Of a stretch of DNA of 36,341 nucleotides, positions 26,001 to 35,021 are shown in pieces. The stretch lies in IMG/VR virus record IMGVR_UViG_3300038379_000459, positions 1-36,341 of that record. The stretch is one strand, 5' to 3'. Source of the DNA: a virus (lineage: Duplodnaviria; Caudoviricetes). Positions within the stretch are counted from its first letter, which is position 1; every line of letters begins with the position of its first letter. Made by a program: the position numbers and the translations under genes. The notes beneath the pieces are model-generated. The model worked only from the letters and a program-made list of their open reading frames with translations. It did not search any database and was not told the DNA's origin.

Positions 26001-26113
26001 TTCATGTTTTCTATGGCAGTTGGCTCAGCCGATGTTTGCTTTTCGTCGCCGGCTCCTATGCCAGATACAAGCGGTATGGGTATCAACTGTCTATTTGATC
26101 CAGCAAGGGCCAT
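23033..26113 (-). CDS. Tail nozzle / tail tubular B-like protein
   Basis: 1026 aa. N-terminal ENM..GTWEKRPG, beta-propeller-like LIIFTENDIY and LGC motifs, follows the adaptor. Confidence 0.7.
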   Translation of the reverse strand: MALAGSNRQLIPIPLVSGIGAGDEKQTSAEPTAIENMKLSQAGTWEKRPGSRAQVNSAIATPSTSGLTPSMAPFDDSTMTVFQSPNTVTRTNGISSHSNVSAKFINFDESLYTVPLPTIAAENRQMVGNQIDGYEFSSSDVGACAYASFQNTQSATGNITVVSYNKTLRTVISSTTISALRNTLDSQVFFRFVFISPTLYLYYIDNSTSEIRYLTISSAGVIGSPTALTGTALGTATANVPSLDAVYVSDSGTDYTVLAFSSSSAGGRVRIARLSGGTNCTGFQDWATGPTLAAGATGPIQVHEYGSNALVLSSRTGAYLVTYFTGTNAISATGTMSVIDNAINFSAFRPSGNPWQIFYTAPDNSVASFTSPIIKRSTYDGTTTSSSAVWTNQAILRTKGALYINRGLITIGTQSRFISSTLDPDSISVTMLVETDGSKTIAAKALPGRANNSYGFGTWDAQQVSQVQTSSSSFSFFLDQATSGVYRTAISVVPTIIRFSEVRTGKVVSDGLVQYIPNSVGMIFDGQNVFEQGFVKQPGNTEAVLSAGTIPVGTYQYSMVYEHIDTQGILHRSSPSIPVSATISAGTSNILFRGPVLGITSRSGVSVALYRTTAGGSTFYRIPDSSFSITGVTNYFSFNDSTSDTTLSTQAVLYTSGGVIEDLQPQPHSVSAFWDTRYLHAASELPYRIYYSKKKTDKYTAIGHTDSLFFELPGTSDPITAMCPLGDKLIIFTENDIYAIDSGGQDSLGGGSNYQAYRIVSSLGCSSSKLCAETISGIMFKSSDVIYLIDRSLSTSPIGNMVKYYTDTYPYTSCASDPDGQRTIFASSASGAPQLVYDHKYSAWLSITGRQMHEVGFLNGSLHYAMDARYFAEEGSVYNDVDLSGLIAANNYSSRMTTGWINPSQIGGFSRVFRFIIGGYTNAAHTLRVRIAYDHDPAFVDNFTFDTTSLAQFGYGEYFNAASAVPGFNAFNIKVYPSRQRCTAIRLEISGEPIGSNYNKALSLAFVTLEAGRKTAVARVGNNRQV

Positions 26114-26120
26114 TGGTCAC

Positions 26121-26798
26121 CTACGGATTGTAATACGTTTTCAACACAGACCTAGCTCGTTCTGTATACACATCTCTAACGCGCTTTGGCTCACCCTCAT
26201 CCCTGTCCGTGGCCAGGCTCACGATGCGCTTCAGGCAGTTGTCACGCTGTGCAATGAAGACAGACGGGTCAGACTCTTCTTTGCCATAAAACTTAATGAG
26301 CACGTCCAGGACGGCAAACTCCTCCCAGCCTGCAATGCCATCCCACGTGTCGGCGTCGAGCACGAGCTTCGGAGGCGCTGGTATAAACCACAGCCGAACA
26401 GTCGAAGACCAGCTTGGAGATGGGATAATGCGCAGGTTCCCGCCCATAATACGGTAACCACTCGTGCGCTGATTCTGCCCAGAGACGACATTGAACGTAT
26501 TGCGCTCTCCCCAGTTGAAGCGGCGCATGCTAAACCACTGGCCGCCTTCGTTGACGTCAACGCCTAGGGCTTTGTAGAACGTGGCCGGAAGGGCATATGC
26601 ATCTGTTCCAGATACAACGTTAATGTTGCTACTGTCCAGAAAGTAATCTGAACTTGTGGCAACGATTTGATCGTATAGATCTGCTAGGCTTTCGTTGATC
26701 CAGTCATTGAGCACGGCATCTGAGATGTAGTTGTTGTCTATCTCGCCTCGTTCGCGGATCCTGCTGCGCAGCGCTGATAGTGTTATATTTCTTGCCAT
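26121..26798 (-). CDS. Head-tail adaptor (tail tubular A-like)
   Basis: TLSALRSRIRER...LNDWINE...Y.LP..F...LRIIPSP pattern, synteny. Confidence 0.72.
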   Translation of the reverse strand: MARNITLSALRSRIRERGEIDNNYISDAVLNDWINESLADLYDQIVATSSDYFLDSSNINVVSGTDAYALPATFYKALGVDVNEGGQWFSMRRFNWGERNTFNVVSGQNQRTSGYRIMGGNLRIIPSPSWSSTVRLWFIPAPPKLVLDADTWDGIAGWEEFAVLDVLIKFYGKEESDPSVFIAQRDNCLKRIVSLATDRDEGEPKRVRDVYTERARSVLKTYYNP

Positions 26799-26808
26799 TA
26801 TATCACCA

Positions 26809-27663
26809 TTATGTCAGAAAATAGTCCAACCAGCCAGTAACAGATACCTGTTGAAAGTTCATGTTATCAGTTCCGCCCTCGCGAAACGAGTTGTACACAA
26901 ATCTCTGGGCGTTGGCACCGGAGATCGGAACTGGCATAAAGACAGACATGGCGTTTTCTGCAAAGTTAGTCAAGCCAGTTGTAAAAGACCCATACAGTCT
27001 GGTTGTCTGCCCCGGATACTTAAACTCCTGCCATATACCAAATCCGGTTCCTGGAGACCTGTTGTGCACGCCGTACATCCACACAGCGCTTGCAGTATTT
27101 GGTATGAATCCAGGGTGCAGCGCAACAGACAGGTTGGTGTGAAACCCGGATGTTGGTATGGTTGCCCCTGGGATGATCTTGTGTGCCTGCCAAAAGAATT
27201 CGTCCTTGTTTAGCTGAACAAACTGGTCGATGTCGCTCGTGGCATTGTTAAACACGGCGCCCACGTAAAGATAGAGCGGCACGCCAGAGGGCCCTGAGTT
27301 GTTCAGGGATCCTATGGGGCTGATGGCGCCGGTTTGCGGGTCGATTCGTATATATAGATAATACCAAGTGCTGGCCGCCTCTGTGCCGGCATCTAGGCCG
27401 GACGAGATGCGCCATGTCATGGTTCCGTTAAAAACCACTTTCTTGCCATTGGTTAGAAAGAATTGCATAGATGTTTTGCCTGGCGGCGGGATGATGTTAA
27501 CCGTAGAAGCATTAACCCAGACAAGCCTTGGCCTGTCTTGTGGGACGATCTCTACCGGCTGCGCCTGGCTTGCAAGCGAAGAAAGGGCCCTGGCCGCAGA
27601 ACTTTGAAGGTTCTCTAAAGCCACGGAGGGAAGCTTTACACGGCCTAGGGCTTGAGCAGCCAT
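26809..27663 (-). CDS. Probable short tail fibre/appendage protein
   Basis: GLDAGTEAASTWYYLY motif typical of tail-fibre modules, GGAG RBS. Confidence 0.55.
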   Translation of the reverse strand: MAAQALGRVKLPSVALENLQSSAARALSSLASQAQPVEIVPQDRPRLVWVNASTVNIIPPPGKTSMQFFLTNGKKVVFNGTMTWRISSGLDAGTEAASTWYYLYIRIDPQTGAISPIGSLNNSGPSGVPLYLYVGAVFNNATSDIDQFVQLNKDEFFWQAHKIIPGATIPTSGFHTNLSVALHPGFIPNTASAVWMYGVHNRSPGTGFGIWQEFKYPGQTTRLYGSFTTGLTNFAENAMSVFMPVPISGANAQRFVYNSFREGGTDNMNFQQVSVTGWLDYFLT

Positions 27664-27680
27664 TGCAACTCCGTATTCAG

Positions 27681-27890
27681 TTAATCGTCGGACTCTTCTT
27701 GCTCCATGCAGCGATAGATGAACTCTTTGAGCGCCATGGCGGCGTCCTTGTCATCCTTAGCCTCACGCAGCTCCTTAACCAAGCCAACCATTTTTTCATC
27801 AAGATCAGGCTTCTCAGATTCCTCTTTGTCGCCCTTTTTCTTCTCAATGATCGCTATGGCCAGCGATGGCTTTTTGCTATCGTAGTGCAT
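27681..27890 (-). CDS. Hypothetical charged protein
   Basis: AGGTGA RBS, in the structural operon. Confidence 0.6.
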   Translation of the reverse strand: MHYDSKKPSLAIAIIEKKKGDKEESEKPDLDEKMVGLVKELREAKDDKDAAMALKEFIYRCMEQEESDD

Positions 27891-27897
27891 AACTCAC

Positions 27898-28275
27898 CTA
27901 CCCAACGCTGCTCTGAGCAAAGCTCAGGACAATGTATAGCACGGCGCTGTCAGGGTCGCTAGCGGCGCCGGCGTCGTTGAAGAACGTGATATCCACGGTT
28001 GCTCCGCCTGCCGCCTGTGGCGCCTGGGCGCTGATGGCGGGAATGCGAGCAATGCTTGGCACAACCGAAGCGCCAAGGAAGCGATGATAAGTGTCCCTAA
28101 GCGTAATGCGCGCGATGCCTTCGGCTGTACGCGCAACAGACGCCACATATTGAGCGCCGTCGTTTAGCGTATATCCGTTGGCTTGCACGTCTGCGGCACC
28201 GGTGGCGCGCAGGGAGATCATGACCAGCTCGTCGCTGGCTCGTACCGGACCCGATGGAAAGTTTCTGTTAGCCAT
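27898..28275 (-). CDS. Probable capsid decoration/minor capsid protein
   Basis: AGGAG RBS, 125 aa beta-rich, directly after the capsid gene. Confidence 0.55.
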   Translation of the reverse strand: MANRNFPSGPVRASDELVMISLRATGAADVQANGYTLNDGAQYVASVARTAEGIARITLRDTYHRFLGASVVPSIARIPAISAQAPQAAGGATVDITFFNDAGAASDPDSAVLYIVLSFAQSSVG

Positions 28276-28293
28276 TGTTAACTCCTGTATGTA

Positions 28294-28332
28294 AGGGAGA
28301 GCCGGCCGGCGTTAGCCGGTCCGGCCATTCCC
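28294..28332 (-). other. GC-rich stem-loop downstream of capsid gene
   Basis: GGGA..GCCGG-A-CCGGC-TAAC-GCCGG-CCGGC..TCCC with no long U tract. Confidence 0.55.
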
Positions 28333-28338
28333 GGTTGA

Positions 28339-29571
28339 TTAAGCACCGAAGTTGTTAATGACCACGTTCCACGCGGGCGCCTTGCAAACAAGGTTCCCGA
28401 AGTAAGCAACCCGGATCTCGATCGCGTCGGCAGAGCTTTCGCGGAGCATCGTGTTGCCATCTTGGTCTAGGATACGGGGCGTTGGCCCAAGGCTCATCCA
28501 TTCCCACGACGCCTTGTTCAACACATAGCACTTGTCGCTTGGGCAGTTGATGTCCGGGAAGATCATTACCGGGCCATTCGGGGTGAGCAACTTGACGCCC
28601 TGGAAGGCAACCTGTGCTTCTTCCACGCTGTCATAGATCACTTTGGAGCCGAGCAGGTTGACCAATTGCTCGTACTTGCGGAAGTTCATGAACGCAGCTT
28701 TGTCACCGACCAATCCGCCGTTCACGCCCATTTCCATCGCAGCCTTGTTCAAGGCTTCGGCGAGTGTCAAGCCAGATCCGTCCACGCGGCTACCGGCCAA
28801 TCGGATCACGTCCGTTGTTCTGGTTACGCCGAAGAGGGCAGCTGGCGAAGCACTTGAGCTAATCCACGCCGAAAGACCAGCGGCTTTGCGCTTGTCGTTG
28901 GCGGCCGTGTAGTCGCCCTGGGCAAAGATCGAGTCGTTCGTAGCGATACCGGTCACGGTGCTCAAGTTGGCGTTCACGGTGATCGTGGGCGACACGGGGT
29001 CACGGTTGATCGCGGTGATTGTTAAAGAGCCGGAGCGGAGCGCCGAAGCAGTGTCTTGCGCAAACACAAGGACCATGCCTTCTTCGAAGTTGGTCACGTC
29101 GCTGGCCTGGGTTAAGGTCAGAACTGTGGTGGCAAACGACGTGTTGGCAACTTGGCCAATTTGTCCAGATCCGTCGCGATAGAGCGAGATGCCGAGCGAG
29201 CGGCCGAGCGCATTGATCGCTGCGTCCATTTCGCGCTTGGTGGCGCGGAGCAGGGCGCCTTCGTCTTTTTCAGACGCAAGGATCACTTCCGTATCGATCG
29301 AGGCAAGACCATAGTCTTTTACGCGCGTTACGGTAAAGGCGTTACCTTTGGATCCGTCCTTGTTGCTCTGGGCGGTCGAGAACGAGGCGCTACGACCAGC
29401 GATATCGCGTCGCAACACTACGTTCTGGAAGTTCTCGCCAACAAAGCCCTCGCTCTTGGGCAGCCACATAAACAGCGGTCCAGAGCCTTGGTATACTTGG
29501 TTTAATAGTTTGTCTTTTGGGTATAGGCGTTTTAACGCATAACTAAACGCCGAAATATCTAATGCAGCCAT
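28339..29571 (-). CDS. Major capsid protein
   Basis: 410 aa after the scaffold, AAGGA RBS, HK97-like pattern (LYRDGSG, GLSAWI, YFGNLVCKAP). Confidence 0.85.
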   Translation of the reverse strand: MAALDISAFSYALKRLYPKDKLLNQVYQGSGPLFMWLPKSEGFVGENFQNVVLRRDIAGRSASFSTAQSNKDGSKGNAFTVTRVKDYGLASIDTEVILASEKDEGALLRATKREMDAAINALGRSLGISLYRDGSGQIGQVANTSFATTVLTLTQASDVTNFEEGMVLVFAQDTASALRSGSLTITAINRDPVSPTITVNANLSTVTGIATNDSIFAQGDYTAANDKRKAAGLSAWISSSASPAALFGVTRTTDVIRLAGSRVDGSGLTLAEALNKAAMEMGVNGGLVGDKAAFMNFRKYEQLVNLLGSKVIYDSVEEAQVAFQGVKLLTPNGPVMIFPDINCPSDKCYVLNKASWEWMSLGPTPRILDQDGNTMLRESSADAIEIRVAYFGNLVCKAPAWNVVINNFGA

Positions 29572-29653
29572 TGTCCATCCTTTTTGTTAAATTGTGGTTA
29601 ACTACTATGGGTCTTGGACTGGCTGCGCCCGGAAATGGCCTAGTGACACCCGG

Positions 29654-30574
29654 TCACTTGGGTATTTTAATTTCGCCGCGAAGTATCTTCCGGAACTCGT
29701 CCTCCCGCTCTTGCTCTGTCATATTGCGAACCGATGCTGCCACGGGTTCGCCTTGCATTTTGTTTGAGAGCGTGGCGGTTGGTTTAGGTGCCGAAATTGC
29801 TGGTTCAGGACGGTTCTGAGGAGCCATCCTGTTCTTTATTTTACTCAGTTTTGAATATTTGTCCAGGTCAGAATAGATCTCTTCGTACATCACCTCTTCT
29901 GCTCTTGATAGAACATCGTGATAGTCAGGGATCTTTCCTGTCTGTTCATATTCCAACTTAACAGCTTCATAAACCGTATCTAAAATCCCATTACCTGACT
30001 GAAGGGCGTGGTTAAGGATTTCATACTTTTCAGCATTAGATTTGATCATACTGGCAAACTCGCCCTTAGTTGCTGACTCGACGTACTTATATCTCTGCTC
30101 CTGAACCGACGCCTTAAATTCGTTCAACTCCTTTTTGACAGCCTCAAGCTCTGACATCGGATCCGGTGCCTTTTGCTCCTCCTTGGGTTCCAGGCCAAGA
30201 ACGTCATTTACAAGGCGCATTGGGTCTATTCCAAGCCTCTTTGCTGCCTCTAGAGGGTTTATTTTTGCAATCTCTGTAATTTCCCTCTGTGAAGCAAGCT
30301 GCTTCTCGGCCTCCTTCAACCTGCGCTCTCGTTGCCATATTTCTCGCTCACGTCGACTTAGCTCTGTAAAACTAGTTGGCTGATCTTGTTTTGGATCTTC
30401 CTGTGCGGCCTGCTGCTCCTCTTCGGCTGCTTGGACAGGACTCTCTGGGGCCCGTTCGTCTACTGACTTATACAGTGGGCGCTGTGGCTCATCTGGTGGT
30501 GCCGATTGTTGTGGCTCTCCTGTTGACGCCTCGGTTGGCTGCTGTGACTGCACTGCTTGCTCTGCGCTTTCCAT
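29654..30574 (-). CDS. Capsid scaffolding protein
   Basis: Acidic P/Q/E-rich N-terminus, coiled coil, lies between portal and capsid. Confidence 0.75.
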   Translation of the reverse strand: MESAEQAVQSQQPTEASTGEPQQSAPPDEPQRPLYKSVDERAPESPVQAAEEEQQAAQEDPKQDQPTSFTELSRREREIWQRERRLKEAEKQLASQREITEIAKINPLEAAKRLGIDPMRLVNDVLGLEPKEEQKAPDPMSELEAVKKELNEFKASVQEQRYKYVESATKGEFASMIKSNAEKYEILNHALQSGNGILDTVYEAVKLEYEQTGKIPDYHDVLSRAEEVMYEEIYSDLDKYSKLSKIKNRMAPQNRPEPAISAPKPTATLSNKMQGEPVAASVRNMTEQEREDEFRKILRGEIKIPK

Positions 30575-30592
30575 TTGCTCTCCGTTGTTTAT

Positions 30593-32407
30593 TTATTGCT
30601 CGCCCATGCCGGGAATGCCCGGACCTGGCGGTGGTGCTGGCTGTTGCGCCTCTGGTGCTGCTGGTGCCGGTTGCTGTTCTGCCATGCGAGCCTCTGCGGC
30701 CTGGATGAGGTTCAAGAGGGCATCTATAGACTTGCGAGGTGCACCGTCGTGCTCCGCGCGCACCATGGCAACCGTTGCGCGATCGACAAGAACCTTGAGG
30801 TCCTGATACTCATTTGGCTCGACCTCATCATCGCGACCATCCATGACCATTGCGATTTGCTTGTCTGCCAGGTCGAGCTGGGCCGTGTAGTCATTAAACA
30901 TCTTACTAACATCTGGGAAGTCTAGTAGTTGAGCCACGGCGCGTTTGTCTTGGATAAATCCCTCGTTCGACAACTCCTTGACAGTAGCCAGACGACCGGC
31001 CGGTGTTGTGGGCAGAAGGTTGGTCGGAAACATCTTAAGCACATAGGCGTCTTCTTCCATTTGCACATCGGTCCACGTAAGCTTCTTGGCGTTTTCTTTT
31101 CCAACATACATAACCTCTACGCCGCCAATGGCCCTGGCTTCCTCAATGCACAGCTTGGCAACCTCAAGGAAAAGGTTTTCCCACTCGGCCCCCTGCGTCG
31201 CGAAGCGACGCGCTTCCATGTCATTAAGGGTGCGCAGTGCTATGCCAGACAGCTCGCTTGCCGAGCGCTGGCTGGTAGCAGACTGCTGACTAATACCAGC
31301 GTCTTCGTAGGCCAGTTCTCTCATTTTAAACGGATACTGATAAAGATCTGCTGCAACAGAGTTTGGCATCTGTATCTGAGGCGGTACGGCTCCGTCGTAT
31401 TCTAGAATGGTTGCGTTCTCGTTTGTGAGCAGCTCCTCTTTGAGCTTGGCAGATCGAGGTGTTACTACGTACGTCACTGCGCACATGTGAAGAGATTGCG
31501 ATACTCGATTGAGAAAGTGGTTGGCATCGCGCTGCTTGTCATACAGGCGCTCGGCTAAGCCCTGTCCAAAGAAGCCCATGGGGCGTCGGGCCCAGCGAAT
31601 AACTGCAAAAGGAAAACACGGACGATTCCATGGCTCATCGTGCAAAACGGCCTTATTGATGCAGATCGTGTGTCGACCATCTTTTGCCCCTTGCCCGCTT
31701 GGCAGATGCCAGGCCTCAATCACCTCAACGAGCTCGTTGACAACAATCGTGGATGCGCCAGACGAAGCAGAGCTGTTGGTGATAACCGAAGCATAGATTT
31801 GATCCTTGAACTCTTCACCGTATGTATTGATCAGCACTTCTGCGCTGACATATTTTCGCTGCATAATCGTACGTGGCTCAGTAAACATTCCGGCCGTTTC
31901 GTCGATGATAATCTCCGATGGAAACACGCGTTCAACGCATATCTTCTTGCCCTCACTGAAAACCTTAACAAACCCAGTGCCAAAGATGGCTGCGTCGAGA
32001 AATGCCCTGGCTCCCTCTTTGAAAGCGACAGACTTATAGAACACGCCCTCGATGAATTTCTCCATCAACTTTGCGCGCTGCTTTTGGTTCCAGTCGCCGT
32101 CGTCGGTAAGCACCATGGGCAATGGCTTATTGATCGTGATCATGGCAACAGTGGTGTCGGCTGCGCTCTGGATGATGTTCATCGTCACCCTGTCGCCCGC
32201 GTCTCCAAACAACCCAGGGCCGTCACTGAAGCGATATCGAGAATCGTTCGGCGTCAGTCTTTCAACATCCGCGTTCATATATGCCGCAAGATATCTGCGG
32301 TAGGCGGCGTTCCTGTCCTCGGCTTGATCCTGGGTCTTGGAGATAAAGTCGTAGATAGCATCAGCTAAGCGTTCTTTTTCTACCTGCCACCATTGTTTTA
32401 CAATCAT
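30593..32407 (-). CDS. Portal protein
   Basis: 604 aa after TerL. DAAIFGTGFVKV, PF...W...FFGQGL..L...Q, Q/P-rich tail. Confidence 0.88.
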   Translation of the reverse strand: MIVKQWWQVEKERLADAIYDFISKTQDQAEDRNAAYRRYLAAYMNADVERLTPNDSRYRFSDGPGLFGDAGDRVTMNIIQSAADTTVAMITINKPLPMVLTDDGDWNQKQRAKLMEKFIEGVFYKSVAFKEGARAFLDAAIFGTGFVKVFSEGKKICVERVFPSEIIIDETAGMFTEPRTIMQRKYVSAEVLINTYGEEFKDQIYASVITNSSASSGASTIVVNELVEVIEAWHLPSGQGAKDGRHTICINKAVLHDEPWNRPCFPFAVIRWARRPMGFFGQGLAERLYDKQRDANHFLNRVSQSLHMCAVTYVVTPRSAKLKEELLTNENATILEYDGAVPPQIQMPNSVAADLYQYPFKMRELAYEDAGISQQSATSQRSASELSGIALRTLNDMEARRFATQGAEWENLFLEVAKLCIEEARAIGGVEVMYVGKENAKKLTWTDVQMEEDAYVLKMFPTNLLPTTPAGRLATVKELSNEGFIQDKRAVAQLLDFPDVSKMFNDYTAQLDLADKQIAMVMDGRDDEVEPNEYQDLKVLVDRATVAMVRAEHDGAPRKSIDALLNLIQAAEARMAEQQPAPAAPEAQQPAPPPGPGIPGMGEQ

Positions 32408-33807
32408 AATTTCCTCTTGAGCGCAAGCTTCTGCCTTGCTTCTAGTGACTTGATTAATCTAGCCTCTTTGTCTTGCCAATATTCAGGAGTACCGGGCTTT
32501 GGCTTGTCGTCTGGGGGCTCAAAGCGGTAATGGTACGAGGCGTGATGTGCATACAGTGTAGCATCGCAGATATCGTTGGGCAATCCTGGATGCTCTATCC
32601 ACGCACCGCTTGGCAGCTGCTTGGTCATCAGTTGCTTCATTTCTGTGACCAACTGACTATCCTCTGGCCTAAGCACCTTGATGTATCCATTTGTCAGATC
32701 GGTATTGAACGCGCGGATGCGGTCGTATTTGTTCTGCTTCTCTGCCTTCAAGATTGGTATGCCATATCGAACACTTAGCTCTTCGAGCGTACTAATCCTA
32801 CTGGGATCGCCATAGATGATTACACCAGGATACCGGTCGATGTAGTCCTTGAGAGCTGCTGCGATAGCATCTGTCCACATTGATGGGCTTTTCCAGGCGT
32901 CAACAATAAAAAGATTGGGACTGCCACTGGAGTACGATGCGAGACAGAATGCCACTGAGTCTCGGAATCCAAAATCAACGCCAAGCACGTACTGGTCTCC
33001 AGGAGCTGGCTCCCACGAGCGAATGCCGTTCTTGACTTCGTCCCAGTGGTACACCATGTCACTGCGATTGTCTTCCACCCACTCGCCGAAATACTCCCTG
33101 CGAAACCATGGCTGGTTAACCACATCTGGATCTCCAGCCATGTGCTCTGCAAGCTTGGCTTCGTAATAAGACTTCATGTACGGGTTGTCGCTGGTTCCCC
33201 AGCGGTGCACATCCCACCCCTTGGCCTTGCCAGTGCCCTGAGTGATGTCATAGAACAGGCCGGTGTTAAACATGCCCGGCGTCCCAATGAGCACCAGTGT
33301 GCCCTGTCTGTCGATCAGTGTTGGTTCGATAATCTGGTAGCACAGCTGCTGAAGCAGCTCGTTGTCGAACTCTGCGGCCTCGTCAATGATCACAAGATCC
33401 CATGCCGCGCCGCGAAGGCGTCGGATCCAGTTCTTTTGATCGGCCCCATAGAGCTTAATCGTGCTGCCGTTCTTGCAGCACACTGTTAACTTACTGTCAA
33501 GGAAGTGCCAGTCAAGGCCGTAGTCTTCGTCGAGCCTGTTTAGGATGGGCCATGCGAGGTCTTCGGCCGAAGGCCGAGTAAGCGCGATGTAGGCACAGCG
33601 AGAGTTGGGCTTAGACTGCGCAACATGGGCTGCGTAACTAATGCACATAAACGTCTTTCCGGAGCGTCGCGATGTCTGCACGGCCTTGCGCGTGGCAGGA
33701 CTCTGAACAACTGTTTTTTGTTGCTCAAATAGCCCGTCTAAAAGCTGGCTTCTGCGCTTAATCTCGCGGGCTATAATCTCTTTGATTTGCAGAGATTGTG
33801 CTTGCAC
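32404..33807 (-). CDS. terL: Terminase large subunit
   Basis: SRRSGKT Walker A, LVIIDEA Walker B, IGTP, FRREYFGEW, LGVDFG and DICDA nuclease motifs. Confidence 0.95.
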   Translation of the reverse strand: MQAQSLQIKEIIAREIKRRSQLLDGLFEQQKTVVQSPATRKAVQTSRRSGKTFMCISYAAHVAQSKPNSRCAYIALTRPSAEDLAWPILNRLDEDYGLDWHFLDSKLTVCCKNGSTIKLYGADQKNWIRRLRGAAWDLVIIDEAAEFDNELLQQLCYQIIEPTLIDRQGTLVLIGTPGMFNTGLFYDITQGTGKAKGWDVHRWGTSDNPYMKSYYEAKLAEHMAGDPDVVNQPWFRREYFGEWVEDNRSDMVYHWDEVKNGIRSWEPAPGDQYVLGVDFGFRDSVAFCLASYSSGSPNLFIVDAWKSPSMWTDAIAAALKDYIDRYPGVIIYGDPSRISTLEELSVRYGIPILKAEKQNKYDRIRAFNTDLTNGYIKVLRPEDSQLVTEMKQLMTKQLPSGAWIEHPGLPNDICDATLYAHHASYHYRFEPPDDKPKPGTPEYWQDKEARLIKSLEARQKLALKRKL

Positions 33808-33809
33808 GA

Positions 33810-34136
33810 TTACCTAAATGTTTTTAGTGACTGCGTGGCGGATGGTGCCTGTTTGATAGCATCGGCTTTTGCCCCAGAATCTGTTTCGATCTTGTCCTCG
33901 TCGGCAACAACAGCCTGTTCGTTTGCGTACACTACGCGATATATGGAGTGGTATGGATAGAAGTTGTCCACGCCGTGTCGCTTAATGCGCCACCCGAACA
34001 ACCCAGGGCGCTTTTCTATCTCTTCGGCAGAATCGCACAGCTCTGCGGTCATCGACTCCAGCCCGCCGCCGTCGGTCTTGATCTGTATTGATTTAACCAT
34101 TTTACCATCGATGTCTCTAATGCGCTTGAATACCAT
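33810..34136 (-). CDS. Hypothetical protein
   Basis: GGGGAG RBS, immediately upstream of TerL. Confidence 0.6.
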   Translation of the reverse strand: MVFKRIRDIDGKMVKSIQIKTDGGGLESMTAELCDSAEEIEKRPGLFGWRIKRHGVDNFYPYHSIYRVVYANEQAVVADEDKIETDSGAKADAIKQAPSATQSLKTFR

Positions 34137-34632
34137 GCTGGCTCCCCTTTTGCTGGCTTGTTAAAAACAGCACGGTTCCGTACGGATCGTGCCTGCCGTT
34201 AATCTTTGGTCCAAGAAACTTCATGCTTGGCGTTTGGTACGTGTACGACACTGATGATTTGCCGAGATATGGGAATTCGTTTTCCAGCAGAGCTCTGGCG
34301 ATGCCGAAGTTTCTGAAGTCTGATCGCACATAGCAGAAATAAAGGTTCTGCTCAGGACCAATCCTTGAGGCAACTATCCACCCATATATATGGGTCGGGT
34401 CTTCTACGTTGCAAGCAATACGTGCGCCAAATAATCTTACCGCTGTTTCCATGATACCCATACGATGTATGCGCTTGAACTCTTCGCCATTAAGTGATAT
34501 TTGAGGATATCGGCCGCGAACCTGGTTGCACCAATTGCTGAATATATACGGCAGGTCGTCTTCTGTGGCATCTCGTATAGCAAACACTGACCCGCGGCCA
34601 GAGTTTGAAACGATCAGTGTGTCGTTGTCCAT
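34117..34632 (-). CDS. GNAT-family acetyltransferase
   Basis: IRDATEDDLPYI and YVRSDFRNFGIARALL (acetyl-CoA motif A). Confidence 0.8.
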   Translation of the reverse strand: MDNDTLIVSNSGRGSVFAIRDATEDDLPYIFSNWCNQVRGRYPQISLNGEEFKRIHRMGIMETAVRLFGARIACNVEDPTHIYGWIVASRIGPEQNLYFCYVRSDFRNFGIARALLENEFPYLGKSSVSYTYQTPSMKFLGPKINGRHDPYGTVLFLTSQQKGSQHGIQAH

Positions 34633-34644
34633 GTTGCACTTCTG

Positions 34645-34730
34645 ATTGTATCAGTGTGTTGACAGTTGTCTACATGTGTAGAGGACTGTCGTCAACACCT
34701 TTGCCACTTTTATATCTGTTGCGCTATAGC
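34645..34730. promoter_or_regulatory. Divergent promoter region with long imperfect palindrome
   Basis: Minus strand TAGACA-16-TACAAT with TG extension. Palindrome GACAGT-TG-TCTACA-TG-TGTAGA-GG-ACTGTC at 34661-34690. Confidence 0.6.
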
Positions 34731-34790
34731 TTTTGCGAACTTACAATTGGCACTCGTGTTGCTTATATGAATTCCCATATGGAGGTTACA

Positions 34791-35021
34791 ATGTTTATAG
34801 ATGGACCAGATGGACTGATTCAGTGCGACCCAAAAGAGCTGCTAAGAGACACAATGCCAGCTATCGTGGATATGCCTGAAGACTGGGATAGTAGCAAGGC
34901 TTACGATGAATTTAACGACAATTCTCCCACCGTTCCGATTCATGCGCGCGATGAGGCTGAGGCGCACAGGATGGCCTGCCAGTATGAACTAGACAAGCTG
35001 TTGGGCAGGGTGAGCTCGTGA
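34791..35021 (+). CDS. Acidic hypothetical protein
   Basis: GGAGGT RBS before the ATG at 34791. Confidence 0.65.
   Translation: MFIDGPDGLIQCDPKELLRDTMPAIVDMPEDWDSSKAYDEFNDNSPTVPIHARDEAEAHRMACQYELDKLLGRVSS

Noticed and set aside
28294-28332. Rho-independent terminator after capsid
   Set aside because: Strong stem but no real U tract, so it is kept only as a stem-loop.
31640-32368. 242 aa + strand ORF opposite the portal gene (and similar antisense ORFs across the late arm)
   Set aside because: Fully antisense to well-supported genes, with no RBS or motifs.
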